From Mytilus trossulus (Eukaryota), in the NCBI RefSeq assembly GCF_036588685.1, contig NC_086386.1, forward strand, positions 35,588,001-35,652,000: a stretch of 64,000 bases of DNA, written 5' to 3'. Made by a program: the position numbers and the translations under genes. The notes beneath the pieces are model-generated. The model was given only the letters and a program-made list of their open reading frames with translations. It was not told the origin of the DNA and did no database searches. Below, one piece after another: positions 36,001 to 48,674 of this stretch (position 1 is the stretch's first letter; each line of letters starts with the position of its first letter).

Positions 36001-38409
36001 TTGGTGATGTGTAATACAATGCCATGAAGTGTCTGTGTTGCTGTTACATATTGTTCTGTTTTGTTTCAGTCAGAAAAGTTAGGCCATTTTCAACAGTTTT
36101 TTTTAATTTTGTAACATAACTGTACTAGAGATGGGGTTTGGTGCCAGCAAACTAGTTTAAACCCGCCACATTATGTATATACATGCCCCAAGTCAGATGC
36201 CTGTAATTAAGTGGTTATCGTCTGTTGATGTGTACCATATTTGTTTTTGTTAATTTTTTTGTACATAAGTCCGTTAGTTTTCTCGTTTGAATTGATTTAC
36301 ATTCTTCATTTCGAGACTTTATATAGCCGACTATATGGCATGGGTAATTGTTGAAGTTGCACAGTCTTCGTTGTTATATAAAAAGAAGATGTGGTATGAT
36401 TGCCAATGAGACAACTATCCACAAAAGACCAAAACGACACAGACATTAGCAATAACAGGTCACCATACGGCCTTCAAAAATGAGCAAAGCTCATACCGCA
36501 TAGTCAGCTATAAAAGGCCCCGATAAGGCAATGGAAAACAATTCAAACAAAAAATTTAAACTAACGGCCTTATTTATGTAAAAAAAATGAACGAAAAACA
36601 AATATGTAACACATAAACAAACGACAACCACTGAATTTCCAGGCTCCTGACTTTGGACAGGCATATACATAAAAATGTGGCGGGGTTAAACATGTTAGCG
36701 AGATCCCAACCCTCCCCCTAACCTGGGACAGTGGTATAACAGTACAACATAAGAACGAACTATAAAAATCATTTGAAAAAGGCTTAACTCATCAGATGGA
36801 CAAAATACACGTAGAAAGGTTCGTTGTTGTTGTTATACACCAATTCATCATCCTTATCTGATTTGTGAAAAAAATAACAAATAATCAGCTTTTGTAATAG
36901 GTANNNNNNNNNNNNNNNNNNNNNNNNNNNNNNNNNNNNNNNNNNNNNNNNNNNNNNNNNNNNNNNNNNNNNNNNNNNNNNNNNNNNNNNNNNNNNNNNN
37001 NNNNNNNNNNNNNNNNNNNNNNNNNNNNNNNNNNNNNNNNNNNNNNNNNNNNNNNNNNNNNNNNNNNNNNNNNNNNNNNNNNNNNNNNNNNNNNNNNNNN
37101 NNNNNNNNNNNNNNNNNNNNNNNNNNNNNNNNNNNNNNNNNNNNNNNNNNNNNNNNNNNNNNNTTTTATTATGAATACAATCTTATTATTACAGGAAATG
37201 ACAATCTTCACACAATTCTATCTAGAAAGAACTACACATTGCGGATAGACCTGGAGGACTGGACAAACGAGAATCGATATGCAGAGTACAACACATTCCA
37301 TGTAGGAAATGAAACAACAAATTATGTACTTTCAATTGGTGAATACAATGGAACAGCTGGTAGGTGTAGACAAATTAAATCGAATCTATCATAAACAGTG
37401 TTTACCCATAGTAACTAGTATGTGAACAAAACAATCATATATAAATCAGTATAATGTTATATTCACATGTATATGAAATTTGTTTTAGAGCTAGACAAAT
37501 TGAGAATGGAAATGGGGAATGTGTCAAAGAGACAACAAACCGACCAAAGAGCAGAAAACAACCGATCGAAGGCCACTAAAGGCTCTTCAATACAGAGAGA
37601 AAATCCCACACTCGGAGGTGTGCTTCGACTGGCCCTAAACAAAAATGTATACTAGTTCAGTTATAATGGACGTCATTCTAAACTTCGGAAGAAATAAAAT
37701 AAACAAAGTGTCGATTAGTTTACCATCTTGAATATATAGTTTTATAAGAAGTGTACATCATGCTCATACTTTAATTTGGAATTCTATGCAATGCCTTCTA
37801 TATTTCTATTGTAAGATATAGTCTTATATTTTTTTTTATGTCAGCATATATGGTTGCGATTTAATTATAAATACAGGGTGAATCTATTAAAAAATCATGA
37901 TCTTGAACAAATAAATACAGACGGAGTTTATGTAACATTTCTGTAACAAACTCATATTTATATTTTTACTACATAATTCGTGTAGTTGGTTTTCTCGTTT
38001 GATTTATTTTTACATTTTGTCATACCGATGCAACTTACTATACATGAGGCATGGGTTCTGTTGATAATAAGAGTCAAAGTTGCCTGTAAAAATCCAGTTG
38101 GAAAGAACCGCAAAATACATGGTTATTGTTTTAATTCCAGGCGATTCCATGAAGGGGGAACGGTATTCGAAGGAGCTTGATGGCATGCAGTTCAGTACGT
38201 ATGATCGCGATAGCAGCATCTGTACTAAGCGTCTGAGATCTGGATGGTGGCATAATGTATGCACTGACGCAAACCTGAATGGTCAATACTACCCAGGAGT
38301 AAATCACACCAACGCAATTGATACTATCTTCTGGTGGACATGGCATCCTGATTTTATTCCACTGAAGTCCGTTACTATGAAAATAAAGTCCCGACTGAGA
38401 CAGACATAA
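33066..38409 (+). CDS. Secreted PAN/Apple-domain fibrinogen-related protein (FReD/FREP-like), 310 aa, 5 exons
   Basis: Exons 33066-33351, 34535-34650, 35542-35638, 37195-37359, 38141-38409 total 933 nt in frame with GT-AG sites. Signal peptide [15 protein letters not shown]; PAN pattern [18 protein letters not shown]; fibrinogen motifs [74 protein letters not shown]. Confidence 0.9.
33405..33470. mobile_element. 66-bp perfect-hairpin mini-MITE with a 9-bp TSD
   Basis: 31-bp perfect arms around loop CTAC, flanked by ACTCTTCGG (33396-33404 and 33471-33479). Confidence 0.8.
36904..37163. other. Assembly gap (260 N) in intron 3 of the FReD gene
   Basis: Run of N. Confidence 0.99.
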
Positions 38410-39159
38410 CTGTACCGTCAGTTAGTGAACTCATAAGATAGTTTTAACAATATACTGTCAAACTATATAATATCTGTAGTTCATGCTTAAATAGATCGTT
38501 ATTTATATATAAAAAAAAACCCATTATATTTGTGTTTCTTAAACTACTAAACCAATTTAAACTATTATTATTTATATGTTGTTTACATACGTAGATGACC
38601 CTTCTAAATACAATGTAGTTAAATGTATTTAGAGTGTTTCGACATATCCCATATAACTTGATCAAAGTAAATGCTATACTGATATTCATGACAGGTGGTT
38701 ATTTCCAAAATCTTATTTAATGCTATATTGTCGAACAGCATTAAAGTTAGATGTGCTGAAACTTCTGCTCAGAAATATCGGGATAAAATCATCTTCTTTT
38801 TTTTTTTTTTTTATCATACATAGAAATGGACTGCAGATACATTGCTTTTAATCACTGAAGATTATTCCAGATTGCTTTATATATGAAATAATCAACTTTA
38901 CACTAACTTTAGTATTAAACTTTGCATACTACATTTGTAGTAGTATAGAATATCCACATGACTATATTTGTATCTGTTTTGATTGGAGGACGTCTGAATC
39001 AAAATGAGTAAACCGATACTTCCAATTGTAAAATAATACATGTTGATGAGCTGTAAGTTAAAACATAGAAATGTGTTGTTCATTCATTTTATTTAAACAT
39101 GCTAAAACCACATAAAATGAAGCTAATAGATATCAAAGGTATCAGGAATATAATTTAAT

Positions 39160-39203
39160 ACGCCAGACTCGCGTTTCGTCTACATAAGACTCATCAGGGA
39201 CGC
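39160..39203 (-). ncRNA. Minimal type I hammerhead ribozyme with intact catalytic core
   Basis: Reverse strand: gcgtcc CTGATGA gtct-tatgt-agac GAAAC gcga GTC tggcgt. Confidence 0.75.
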
Positions 39204-39674
39204 TTAGAAGTACAAAGTTAGACGAGTTGTATATATAAATATACTTATTTTCTGTGACTGTGTCTTACATTAATTTGTAGGATCCTTTACAATAGATAAT
39301 TTAGCTGATCTGTAAGAATAACATCTTCATGCCTTATATATCATGTACTTTATAAAATTGAGAATGGAAATGGGGAATGTGTCAAAGAGACAACAACCCG
39401 ACCAAAATAAAAAAACACAACAGCAGAAGGTCACCAACAGGTCTTCAATGTAGCGAGAAATTCCCGCACCCGGAGGCGTCCTTCAGCTGGCCCCTAAACA
39501 AATATATACTAGTTCAGTGATAATGAACGCCATACTAATTTCCAAATTGTACACAAGAAACTAAAATTTAAATAATACAAGACTAACAAAGGCCAGAGTT
39601 TAGTACGACTCTAGATTAAAACTGACGTGAAAAGGTAACACCCGGCCACCGGAAGCTTCATTTTTATGAAGCCC

Positions 39675-39840
39675 AGGTGTTCGTGTGGGCTAGCGGGACG
39701 GCTACAGTGCAGTCTATTTGGTGTCACGATATTTCAGTAGCATGGGTTCGAATCCCGGCGAGGGAAGAACAAAAAAAAATGCAAAAGCAAATTTACAGAA
39801 CTAACATTTTTGGGTTCATGTTTAGACGAGTTGTATATAT
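39675..39840 (+). mobile_element. tRNA-derived SINE-like segment (Pol III B box)
   Basis: GGTTCGAATCC at 39745-39755 with a degenerate A box upstream; related decayed copy at ~14218-14350; TTAGACGAGTTGTATATA direct repeat at ~39218 and ~39822. Confidence 0.45.
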
Positions 39841-40089
39841 ACATACGTCTAAACATCAATATATTCGTAAAACAAAATAAATTGTTGTTAGAACTTAAAA
39901 TTCACCAAGTGCTTTTTGTCATGATATAGAAGTCTCTTCATGGTATATATTGTTAAGTTGTAAATTACAGAAATATTCTATAATGCTATTGCCACTACAT
40001 ATATAACAGCATTTGTTCCTTACAAAACATATATTATGGCATTAGATATAACAAAGTTTCCAACAGAAATTCTAATATGGATTCAAAGA

Positions 40090-40373
40090 TATAAATTGAA
40101 AACGAACCTGCGTGTGAAATTGAAAGAAAGGAAATTAGACCTTTATTAAAATCAAAACCGATCATACAAGGCTTTTTATAATCATGTGATCAGAAAATAA
40201 CAGCAATATAGAAAAATATTAATTTGAAAATTAGCGCCTTATAAGATCACGTGATTATTTAAACGCACTATTAAAGTAAATAATAATATCGTGTGTGTAC
40301 GTGTTTTTTTATGGCATTTAACATATGTGTCTATCATGTCTATGTTCTAAAGAAAATGAACTATCTTTGAAAG
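40090..40373 (+). promoter_or_regulatory. Putative promoter and non-coding first exon of cGLR copy 1
   Basis: Paralogous to ~48760-48914 (TTTGAAAATTAGCGCCT, GATCACGTG, AAAG|GTAAG donor at 40374); acceptor TTTAG at 41632. Confidence 0.55.
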
Positions 40374-41638
40374 GTAAGCATCTTAAGAAACTTTCAATTT
40401 GATTATTTGTTACGATGACATGCATGACGAGCATTGATATTTCTATGTTAACAAACAGTAACAGGAAATTGGTTTCGTTGAAACAAAACAAGTTTGAAAA
40501 TATAATCGTAGTTAAAAATATTTCGAGCTACTTTCATTTTCAAAAAATATATGATTAATGTTAATGTTTCGTTGTTAAATTACTTATTTAGTTTTAGAGT
40601 GTCTAAACTCTGTATTAGACACTCTAAAAACTATGCTAAATTGGTACAGGATATTTAAAACACATGGTGGGTTGAACCCAATGTGATGACTAGCCAAACA
40701 TCCCGCTTATATGGATGGCAATTATAAAAATACCACTAAACTCTGTAGTATATATAGGTAAACATTTAATCTATTATTTCAATACCCAATTCACGCAGTT
40801 AATTTATTGCAGAAATTTAACCAATGAAAGGATTAAAGTAAGCCCGTTTTATATTTATTCCAATCCAAATTATCTAAACAAATTAATAATCGTATATTGA
40901 AAATCTATATTCTTTATACATGAAATCAATTTTTTTTATTGGAAGTGCAGCACACATTGAAACAAACCATTTTTATCAAAAACACTGCCATATTCTTAAC
41001 TATGCTAAATTGGTACAGGATATTTAAAACACATGGTGGGTTGAACCCAATGTGATGACTAGCCAAACATCCCGCTTATATGGATGGCAATTATAAAAAT
41101 ACCACTAAAAAGACAACATAACGTGACAGGAATACAGTACAAATAAATGCAAGATACAACTAGTATAGAGAAATATAAGATATCTATCAGTTTTTAAGAT
41201 GTATCAATCGGTTTTAAATAAATTTTACCTAGTTAAGAAATATCTTATTTAGTTATATATAGGAACTCTTTTTTTTCAATAAATATAAGACATTATATGT
41301 AGTTTATATGTTATCTAATTAATTAACTTTATTATATATCTTGACCCGGATTATTATAGAAACTACTTCGATTAATGATGGTAACAAAAAATACAAAAAC
41401 ATAGTGCTAGGGTTCGCCTTCGTTTACGATTTGGTGTTAGCGTTTGCTTCGTTTTAAAGGCCCCGTTGTGACTCAGAGGTTAAGAAAAAAAATAAAAGCA
41501 TTGGTTACTAGTATTTCTTTTTGTTTTTTAATTGCATGCAGGGATAATTGTGTCATGCATTAATACATTCTGTCTTAATATATTAAATTTTCATTGATTT
41601 TTATTTTTTTTTATTTATATATATCAATTTAGGTGAAT

Positions 41639-43900
41639 ATGGAGAAAAGTGTATCATACTCTACAAAGGATTGGGATGATGTTCCAGACGTTCCTCTTCT
41701 CCACGTGTCATATCTCATTCATATATTATTACCAAGACGCCATTTTGGGCATGATCGACTTCTGATAAAAAAAACCCAGAAAATTCTTGAAAGACTTTCC
41801 TATGTAAAGGAGTTTATTCCAGACAAGTTACACATTGTTCCTGTCGGAAGTAAGTTAGAAGGTTGTGGGATACCAGTTGCTGTCAGATTGACTGATGAAC
41901 CATATATTGAATATATGTCTGATTTCGACGTAATGCTTGTGCGAGATGAATTCTCGACTTTGACCAAAGAATTTGAAAAAGATGGAACGAAAATGTCAGT
42001 TTTTATTGAGACTGCTCAAACTCACCCTGGATATGGACGTGTACGGTTCGCTTCTACAGTGAAACATGGCACAAACATGACAAACAACACACTGATACAT
42101 CACGGTGGTCAATCAGATGAATATTATTTGAACTTTTCTGCGATAATGCGCGAACAGGCTGACATGATGGCAACACATACAAATGATGGTTTGAACTATA
42201 ATCAACATGGTCCAGCCATTACTGCAGACGACCCAGTGCCTATGACACTGGAAAGATTGAAAACAACAAAACTGATTTACCCCCTAGACTGTATATTTGC
42301 TATTCCTTGTAATTCGTGGCCAGAATGTGCAATACCATGGATTAAGCGAAAACGCACTAATGATTGGCTGTAAATTGACACTATTAACTTGATTATATCC
42401 GCGGGATTCCATATGGTACCAGTAGCTCACCGATTAAGCAGTAATCCTGAAATTGAGTGGAGACTGTCATTTGCAAATGCTGAAAAAATACTGGCTGAAC
42501 AGGCGGTCACTTCAGCGCAACGACAATGTTATAGTTATCTTAAAATCTTACGTAAACATACTATGGAGGAAGACACTAAATTTTCATCTTATTACCTTAA
42601 AAACGTATTTTTATATTGTTGTGAAGAATTACCAGTTCGAATTTGGGAGGAAAACCCTGCTGGATGTGTTTTGTACATGCTAGATATTCTTTTAGAATGC
42701 GTTCAAAAAAGAAACATCCCTAGTTACTTTTTACCAGAAAATAACTTGATAGATTATTTAGATGATGCGGAATTACAATCCATCGAATCAGCTTTTCAAA
42801 CAATCCGTTGTAATCCGATTGCACCAATTTTAGAATTCACAGATTCAAGAATGTTCTGTTATGGTCAGGAAAGCTTAAGTTATAGGACAACTTTCCGAAG
42901 CATTGTTCAGCTAGTACTAAATGAAATTGTTTCAATTAAAGATGTTGATATTGGTAGAACCGTCTTAGGTTGCTTCACTGATATCCAATATAACATTGCA
43001 ATAGTGATGCTTGGCGAGAAGCGGACATCGTTTTCATACCATTTGGATTTTTATCACCATTTTGTACAGAAATATATACAGATGTCTTTTGTGGAATATG
43101 TTAATTATATGGGTATAGTTTTAGAAAAGCCTTCTTATGCGTTAACGTTTTATGAGAAATGTTTGGCTGGGGTAGAAAACTTCACAGAACTTGAATATTT
43201 GAAAGGAAATATGGCATGCATGTGTTTTGCTTTATCACTAACTCATGATGATAAATCGAAAGAAAGAAAATTGCGATTATACTAAGCAGAGAATATTTAC
43301 AACGAAGTACTGCAAAATAGTGGTATTCATTATGCTAGCACCATTAACTTTGCAAACTTTCTATGTTATAGCGAAAGATGGAAAGATGTAATTCAGTTGC
43401 TTGAAAAATTCATTGAGGCAGAGAGAAAACGACCATCGTCAATGCATAACAGTTATCACCCTAACGAATCTATAACACTGAATCTTCAGCTTCAAATGGA
43501 GGTCAAATATCGAGGCTGCTTCTTTGCAAGTTCTTTGTCATTTGCATATTATTTCCTAATAAAAGCAGCTATTGCAATAAAGTTGCCAAAAGTGTTAGAT
43601 ATTATGGAAAGCTTTGAAATGCACGGCCATTCTGTGAACAGTTATGGAGATCATAGACTTCTAGAATATATTAGACTTGACACTAAAGAATACATTCTAT
43701 CAGAGCTAGCTTTTTCCTACAGCTCTTATTTGCAACGAACACCGGCTAAAAAGCCACATCGGGTTGTAAACCTGAAAACAGATTTCAAATATTGTCTCAT
43801 CGTAGCTTATCTGCTATATGACAATGCTGCTAAAGCAACAAATTTACTTTTCAAAAGGAGATTCCTGTGTATTGATACAAGTGACCTTTACTTGTTTTGA
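41639..43900 (+). pseudogene. cGAS-like receptor (Mab-21 NTase + TPR-like) paralogue with two in-frame stops
   Basis: Colinear with the 50841-53093 gene, all in one frame. TAA at 42371-42373 and 43283-43285; in-frame deletion in the last TPR-like unit; VGS / SDFD / LDCIF motifs retained. Confidence 0.85.
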
Positions 43901-44033
43901 CAATGATCCGTTTACAGTTTGTTTGCTAATTCTTTTACACAGTAAATAAGTATGAAAAAGCATACATGCATTGTTATGTATTTGACACAAAATGTATAAA
44001 GAAAACTAATATATCAATTAGGAATTATTGTAT

Positions 44034-44486
44034 TAGAATCATATTCAAAACAGTGTGTTCCTGGCCTTTGATTGACGACCTAAATTATCCCATTGACTGG
44101 GACAGATTAGGTGAACGTTTGTCGGTAGCAATCACTGCTCACTATATAGCTATGTACTTGTTAAAGACACTGAATATGTGGGGTCACCAAAGGTTCTCAA
44201 CACCTAAATAACGCAATTCGTAAAACGAATCCGGAATAATACGATGTGTTGATGTATATCAATAATATAAATCAAAACATAAAGGTTATTCCTGAATAAT
44301 TTTTCGAATTATATTATTATTTAAGGCGTTAAGAACCTTTGGTGACCCCACAGTTTAAATCCTATAATAAGTAGGAAGTGAGAAATGGTCGTTACAAACA
44401 AACGTTCACCTAATCTGTCCCAGTCAAAGGGATAATTGAGGTCGTCAATCAATGGCCAGGACCACACTGTTTTGAATATGATTCTA
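44034..44486. mobile_element. Fold-back MITE with ~175-bp inverted arms and probable TA TSD
   Basis: TAGAATCATATTCAAAACAGTGTG ... CACACTGTTTTGAATATGATTCTA; absent from the paralogous region downstream of copy 2. Confidence 0.8.
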
Positions 44487-45939
44487 TGAGGAAATGAAAC
44501 ATGTGACTCGAAATTTGGATTGGACAAGATAGAAAATATGTCTACACAGAAAGTAGATGTCAAAATATATCAATAAAAAGCCAGTGTTACTTATATTCGA
44601 CCCTTAAGTTCAAAGTGTCAAACAAATAATCAGCAGCAATATTTGTAGAATCTGTTTCTCCACGTTGAGACACGAACAATACATTAAGTTACATGAAGCA
44701 TGCTCAATATCGTATTCATGCAGTTATTTTTCCATTTACAGCAACAGCAAATCACAGCTTACTTACATTTTTTTTTAAAACTAATTGGATCATACAATAC
44801 CGTTTGTTGCATTTTTGAAAGATTGAAGTATTTTTGTTAACTTGATTAGAACCACTTCGGTGGTTTCTTGATGGCATTTTCGTTTCGGGCGCGTGATATC
44901 GCAAGACTTAATATGTCTCCAGCAGACTATTATTTATCTTGTATTCTAGGACCTTAAAAATCGAATCAACTTATGTATTGAATAAAACAATGCTTCATTT
45001 CTCGCTGTAAGATTTGCAAATGGAAGTTCAACACCAAGTACGCTGTCCTGGATCAAGCGAGAAATCAATCAACGATAATCATAATTATTTTTCACTGAAG
45101 GTTTTCATGAGAAACCTTTATATAAAACTAGGCATATCCAAGAGGACACGTGCAAGACATGAACAAAAGTTTATTTGGTGGGTTTAAAATAAAACAGGTT
45201 TATTGTTTTGTACATAATTCATTTTCTCTATTGTGTGGTTAAACCTTTTGTCATGCCTTTGCATTAAAAAGCTTATTAAACAGGTATGGGTTCAGTTATT
45301 TAAAGCAATTAGAATGGAAATTCTTGTATAAATCATGTTGGAAAGTGCCAGTGTATACATGGTCATTGCTTTAATTTATTAAGAGTGTTTCGTGACATAA
45401 ACGTCGTAAAAAGTTAAATCATAAAAATACTGAACTCCGAGAAAAAAAGGAAAGTGCTAAATTAATTGACATAACCAAAAGATCAAACACATCAAATGAC
45501 TGGACAACAACTGTCTTAATCCTGACTTGGAACAGGCAATTTCTTATGCAGAAAATTGTGGATTGAACTTGATTTTAAAGCTAGGTAAACCTCGCAATTG
45601 TTTGACAGTCGCATCAAAATACATTATATTGACAACGTTGCATGAACAAAATAAACAGACAAAATAGGTTAAAATGTCAAAAAAGGGGGTACAAATGTAT
45701 ACTAGTTAAGTGATAATGGACGTTATACTAAACTCCGTAATATACACAAGAAACTAAAATTAAAAATTATACAAGACTAATAAAGGCCAGAGGATCCTAA
45801 CTTCTAACTAACGACCCTTCCCCTATACCTCTAGCCAATGTAGAAAAAATAAACAAGAATTTGCACAATAAAACTTTGTTCATAATAAGTCCTAGTCCGA
45901 TGTCAGAATAGGTAACAAAAGAAATTAATCATAATTACC

Positions 45940-46300
45940 ATGATACACATATGCAGGTGAAGGTGACATATTGCTACTGAGGTGGGGGAAATTGATAATT
46001 TCAAAATCAAAATAATCTTGTTTCTCATATAATAAGATTCTGGTACTGTGATGACTGTGTATGTCAAATCGAGGTATACGTCTATAAATGAGTCTGTTGT
46101 TTCTTTATTTTCTAGTCGTGGTGGATATATTAATGCAATCCAATCAGAAAAGGTTTTGATTGTTAATGGAAAGAACATCATAAATATATGTGAAATTAAA
46201 TGATCTGGGGTTTTTAATCTTCTTGTTTTTATGGCAAGTGTCTGAAGTAACTCCGATTGATATAAAAATTTAGAAGAGGTCAACAAGAAGAGCGTCGTGT
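45940..46300 (-). mobile_element. Decayed Penelope-like reverse transcriptase fragment
   Basis: (Y)DVLSINNQN / FSDWIALIYP / ENKETTDS / FIDVYL across shifted frames resembles the DDVLS..IYP.ELEIKETTD..FLD region of PLE-type RTs; recognised by eye. Confidence 0.5.
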
Positions 46301-46631
46301 CTTTTATTTCTAGTTCCGGTGAATAAAAGTGAATATGTGTATATACTGGTATTCATCACAGAGGACAGAAAGTTCCTGTCTATAACTATATTACAGTGAT
46401 CCTTTTTCAATGGGAGATACAACGGAAATGTTTTTGATGTATTTCTTTTCTATTTGCGAACTAAGTTATTGATGTGACCTTCAAGATGCGCACAAACAAA
46501 GGTGTTGAACATTTCAGTACAAGAAACCAAGTTACAAAGTGTCAAGGAATGACTTTTATTATGTGCAAATATTTGGTGGAACACACAGTTCAGTAACTGT
46601 AGTGCTTACATTACTGATCGGTTTGTCTTGA

Positions 46632-47298
46632 AGGTGGCACGGTAGTATTTACATTCCAGAATTTAGGTTGCTCTTTTGTGTACCATACCTAAGTCAATGT
46701 ATCTGAACGGTTTGATTGGACAAAAAAAAATATAGGATTAACTGAAAATACCTTATATATTTGTTTTTCGTTCATTTTTTTTATATAAATAAGGCCGTGA
46801 TTTTTTTTCGTTTGAATTGTTTTACATTGTCTTATCGGGGCCTTTTATAGCTGAATATGCGGTATTGGCTGTGCTCATTGTTGAAGGCCGTATGGTGACC
46901 TATAGTTTTTAATGTCTGTGTCATTTTGGTCTCTTGTAGACAGTTGTCTCATTGGCTATCATACCACATCTTCTTTTTTATATTTCCCAAACTGAGGGAT
47001 GAATCAGGTGTAAAAAATATGAAATAATTTTACATACAGATCAAAATGATTTTTTGAGAATTTTTTTAAATTGTGAATTCACTGCATGATAAAAACCCTA
47101 AAAGTACTAGTGGCCTTAGATTTTTCAAAATAGCAAAAAAAAGTAAACGGTCATGATACACATTCCTTTCTAAATAGTAAAATGAAGGTACTTAAGTTAA
47201 CTGTGAATATGGAATGTTTAGCAGTGTTAGAAAGTGGTGAAAATTCTAAAAAGGCTATCATTATCACTTATTGGAAAGGAAATACTACGGTGCCACCT
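46632..47298. mobile_element. Non-autonomous TIR element (Kolobok-like AGG termini) with a nested repeat
   Basis: AGGTGGCACGGTAGTATTT / AAATACTACGGTGCCACCT (1 mismatch); flanks TTGA and GTAG only weakly resemble TTAA. Confidence 0.55.
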
Positions 47299-48674
47299 GT
47301 AGCTGAGTATGACTATTATCTCAGTTTTATATTTTTCCTGTGTTCATGATTAATATTATTTTATTGGCTCACTTCTATATATGTATTAGACATACACTTA
47401 TAATTGTTTTTTTTAATCTAACTGACTTTATCGTCAAAAAGGCTTATGTGGGTTTTTTTTTATATCCAGAGTAAATGTTACTTTGTCAATTTATATTGTA
47501 TAAGATCAGTCTAATGAGTATTGACTATGGACTTCTGTTAAAGGAATTGTTTTCAATCACAACATATGTATTGTTCATTGTTGTTGACATTTAAAAGCTT
47601 ATGTCAGATATGTAAGATACTACTAGAATTATCTTTACTTTACAAAACGTCACTTTGCACTACAGTCAGAATTTTTGACTCCAATCAAGTCTTTAATATT
47701 AAATTCTCCAAAATTGCTAAATGGATTTTTAAAATCTTAAACTCATTTTAAAGCTGAAATAAACTTCTTTCTTACTCTCTATATATAAATCAATTTTAAG
47801 TTTAATTAATCTCAAAATATAGCGCATTAATTGCCAAAAAGTGGTCTTCCAAATTGGATGAAAATGTCACATTCTTGTCAAATGGTAGTAAATATTTGTC
47901 ATGTTTGTTATCCCTTTAATCAAACATATAAAATCTCCAAAACCATGTCTTAGATTTTTTTTATATATGCCTCCAGTAAGAATATATGTTGATTTAAACT
48001 CCTGGTGCCGAACCTGATTACACCTTAAGATGTTGTTTAATCTTCCGATTAAATAAGATATTTATAAAGAATATAATATATGTTGAAACATTTAGAAACA
48101 AATTATCCAAAAACTGGGAAAAAACACCCTTTAATCATATATATATCAAAGTCAAACAAAGGGGGTACCAAATTTTTTCCTTACAATTTCACATGTTTCA
48201 TGAACAATTGTTCTGAGAAATGAGCTTAAAACTGATTTTCCCCCTAGAACCCCTGTAAAGTCTGTATAAATGCAAACATTCCAATGGGAACACCCCAGGA
48301 GTGTTCTGATACCTTTACTATAACAATAAAACCACACACTTTGTGTCTTTGATGCTCTAATGCTGTAAATTATATGTGAACTGTCCAACACTAACTTGGC
48401 ATTTGGCGGGAGTTTGACGTCACATATCTGTGATCATGGTGATGTAGTAATTAAATATACAGACAAAGCTCCTCCTCTTTCCAGACAGTCTAAGATAAGA
48501 GAATAACATGATTGACCAGCTGCATATAATCAATGTTTAACAACATTATTCTCTTTATAAAGAATAATTTTCATCTGAATTTTAAAACAGAAATAAACTA
48601 TGTCTAAAATTAGCTAGAAATTAAAAGCATAAAAAAACATGTTCATAAAAAGATCAAGACCACCCTCTTCTTAA

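Noticed and set aside
36885-37211. 108-aa ORF
   Set aside because: Artefact of the N gap; the real exon here is on the plus strand (37195-37359).
39675-39780. tRNA gene
   Set aside because: A B box is present but I cannot fold a cloverleaf, and it sits in a repeat; treated as SINE-like.
42371-43285. Stop read-through, selenocysteine or small introns rescuing cGLR copy 1
   Set aside because: Both stops are TAA, and the sequence is colinear with the intronless paralogue, leaving no room for introns.
43966-44563. Two similar convergent ORFs (WPLIDDLNYP)
   Set aside because: They are the two arms of the fold-back MITE.
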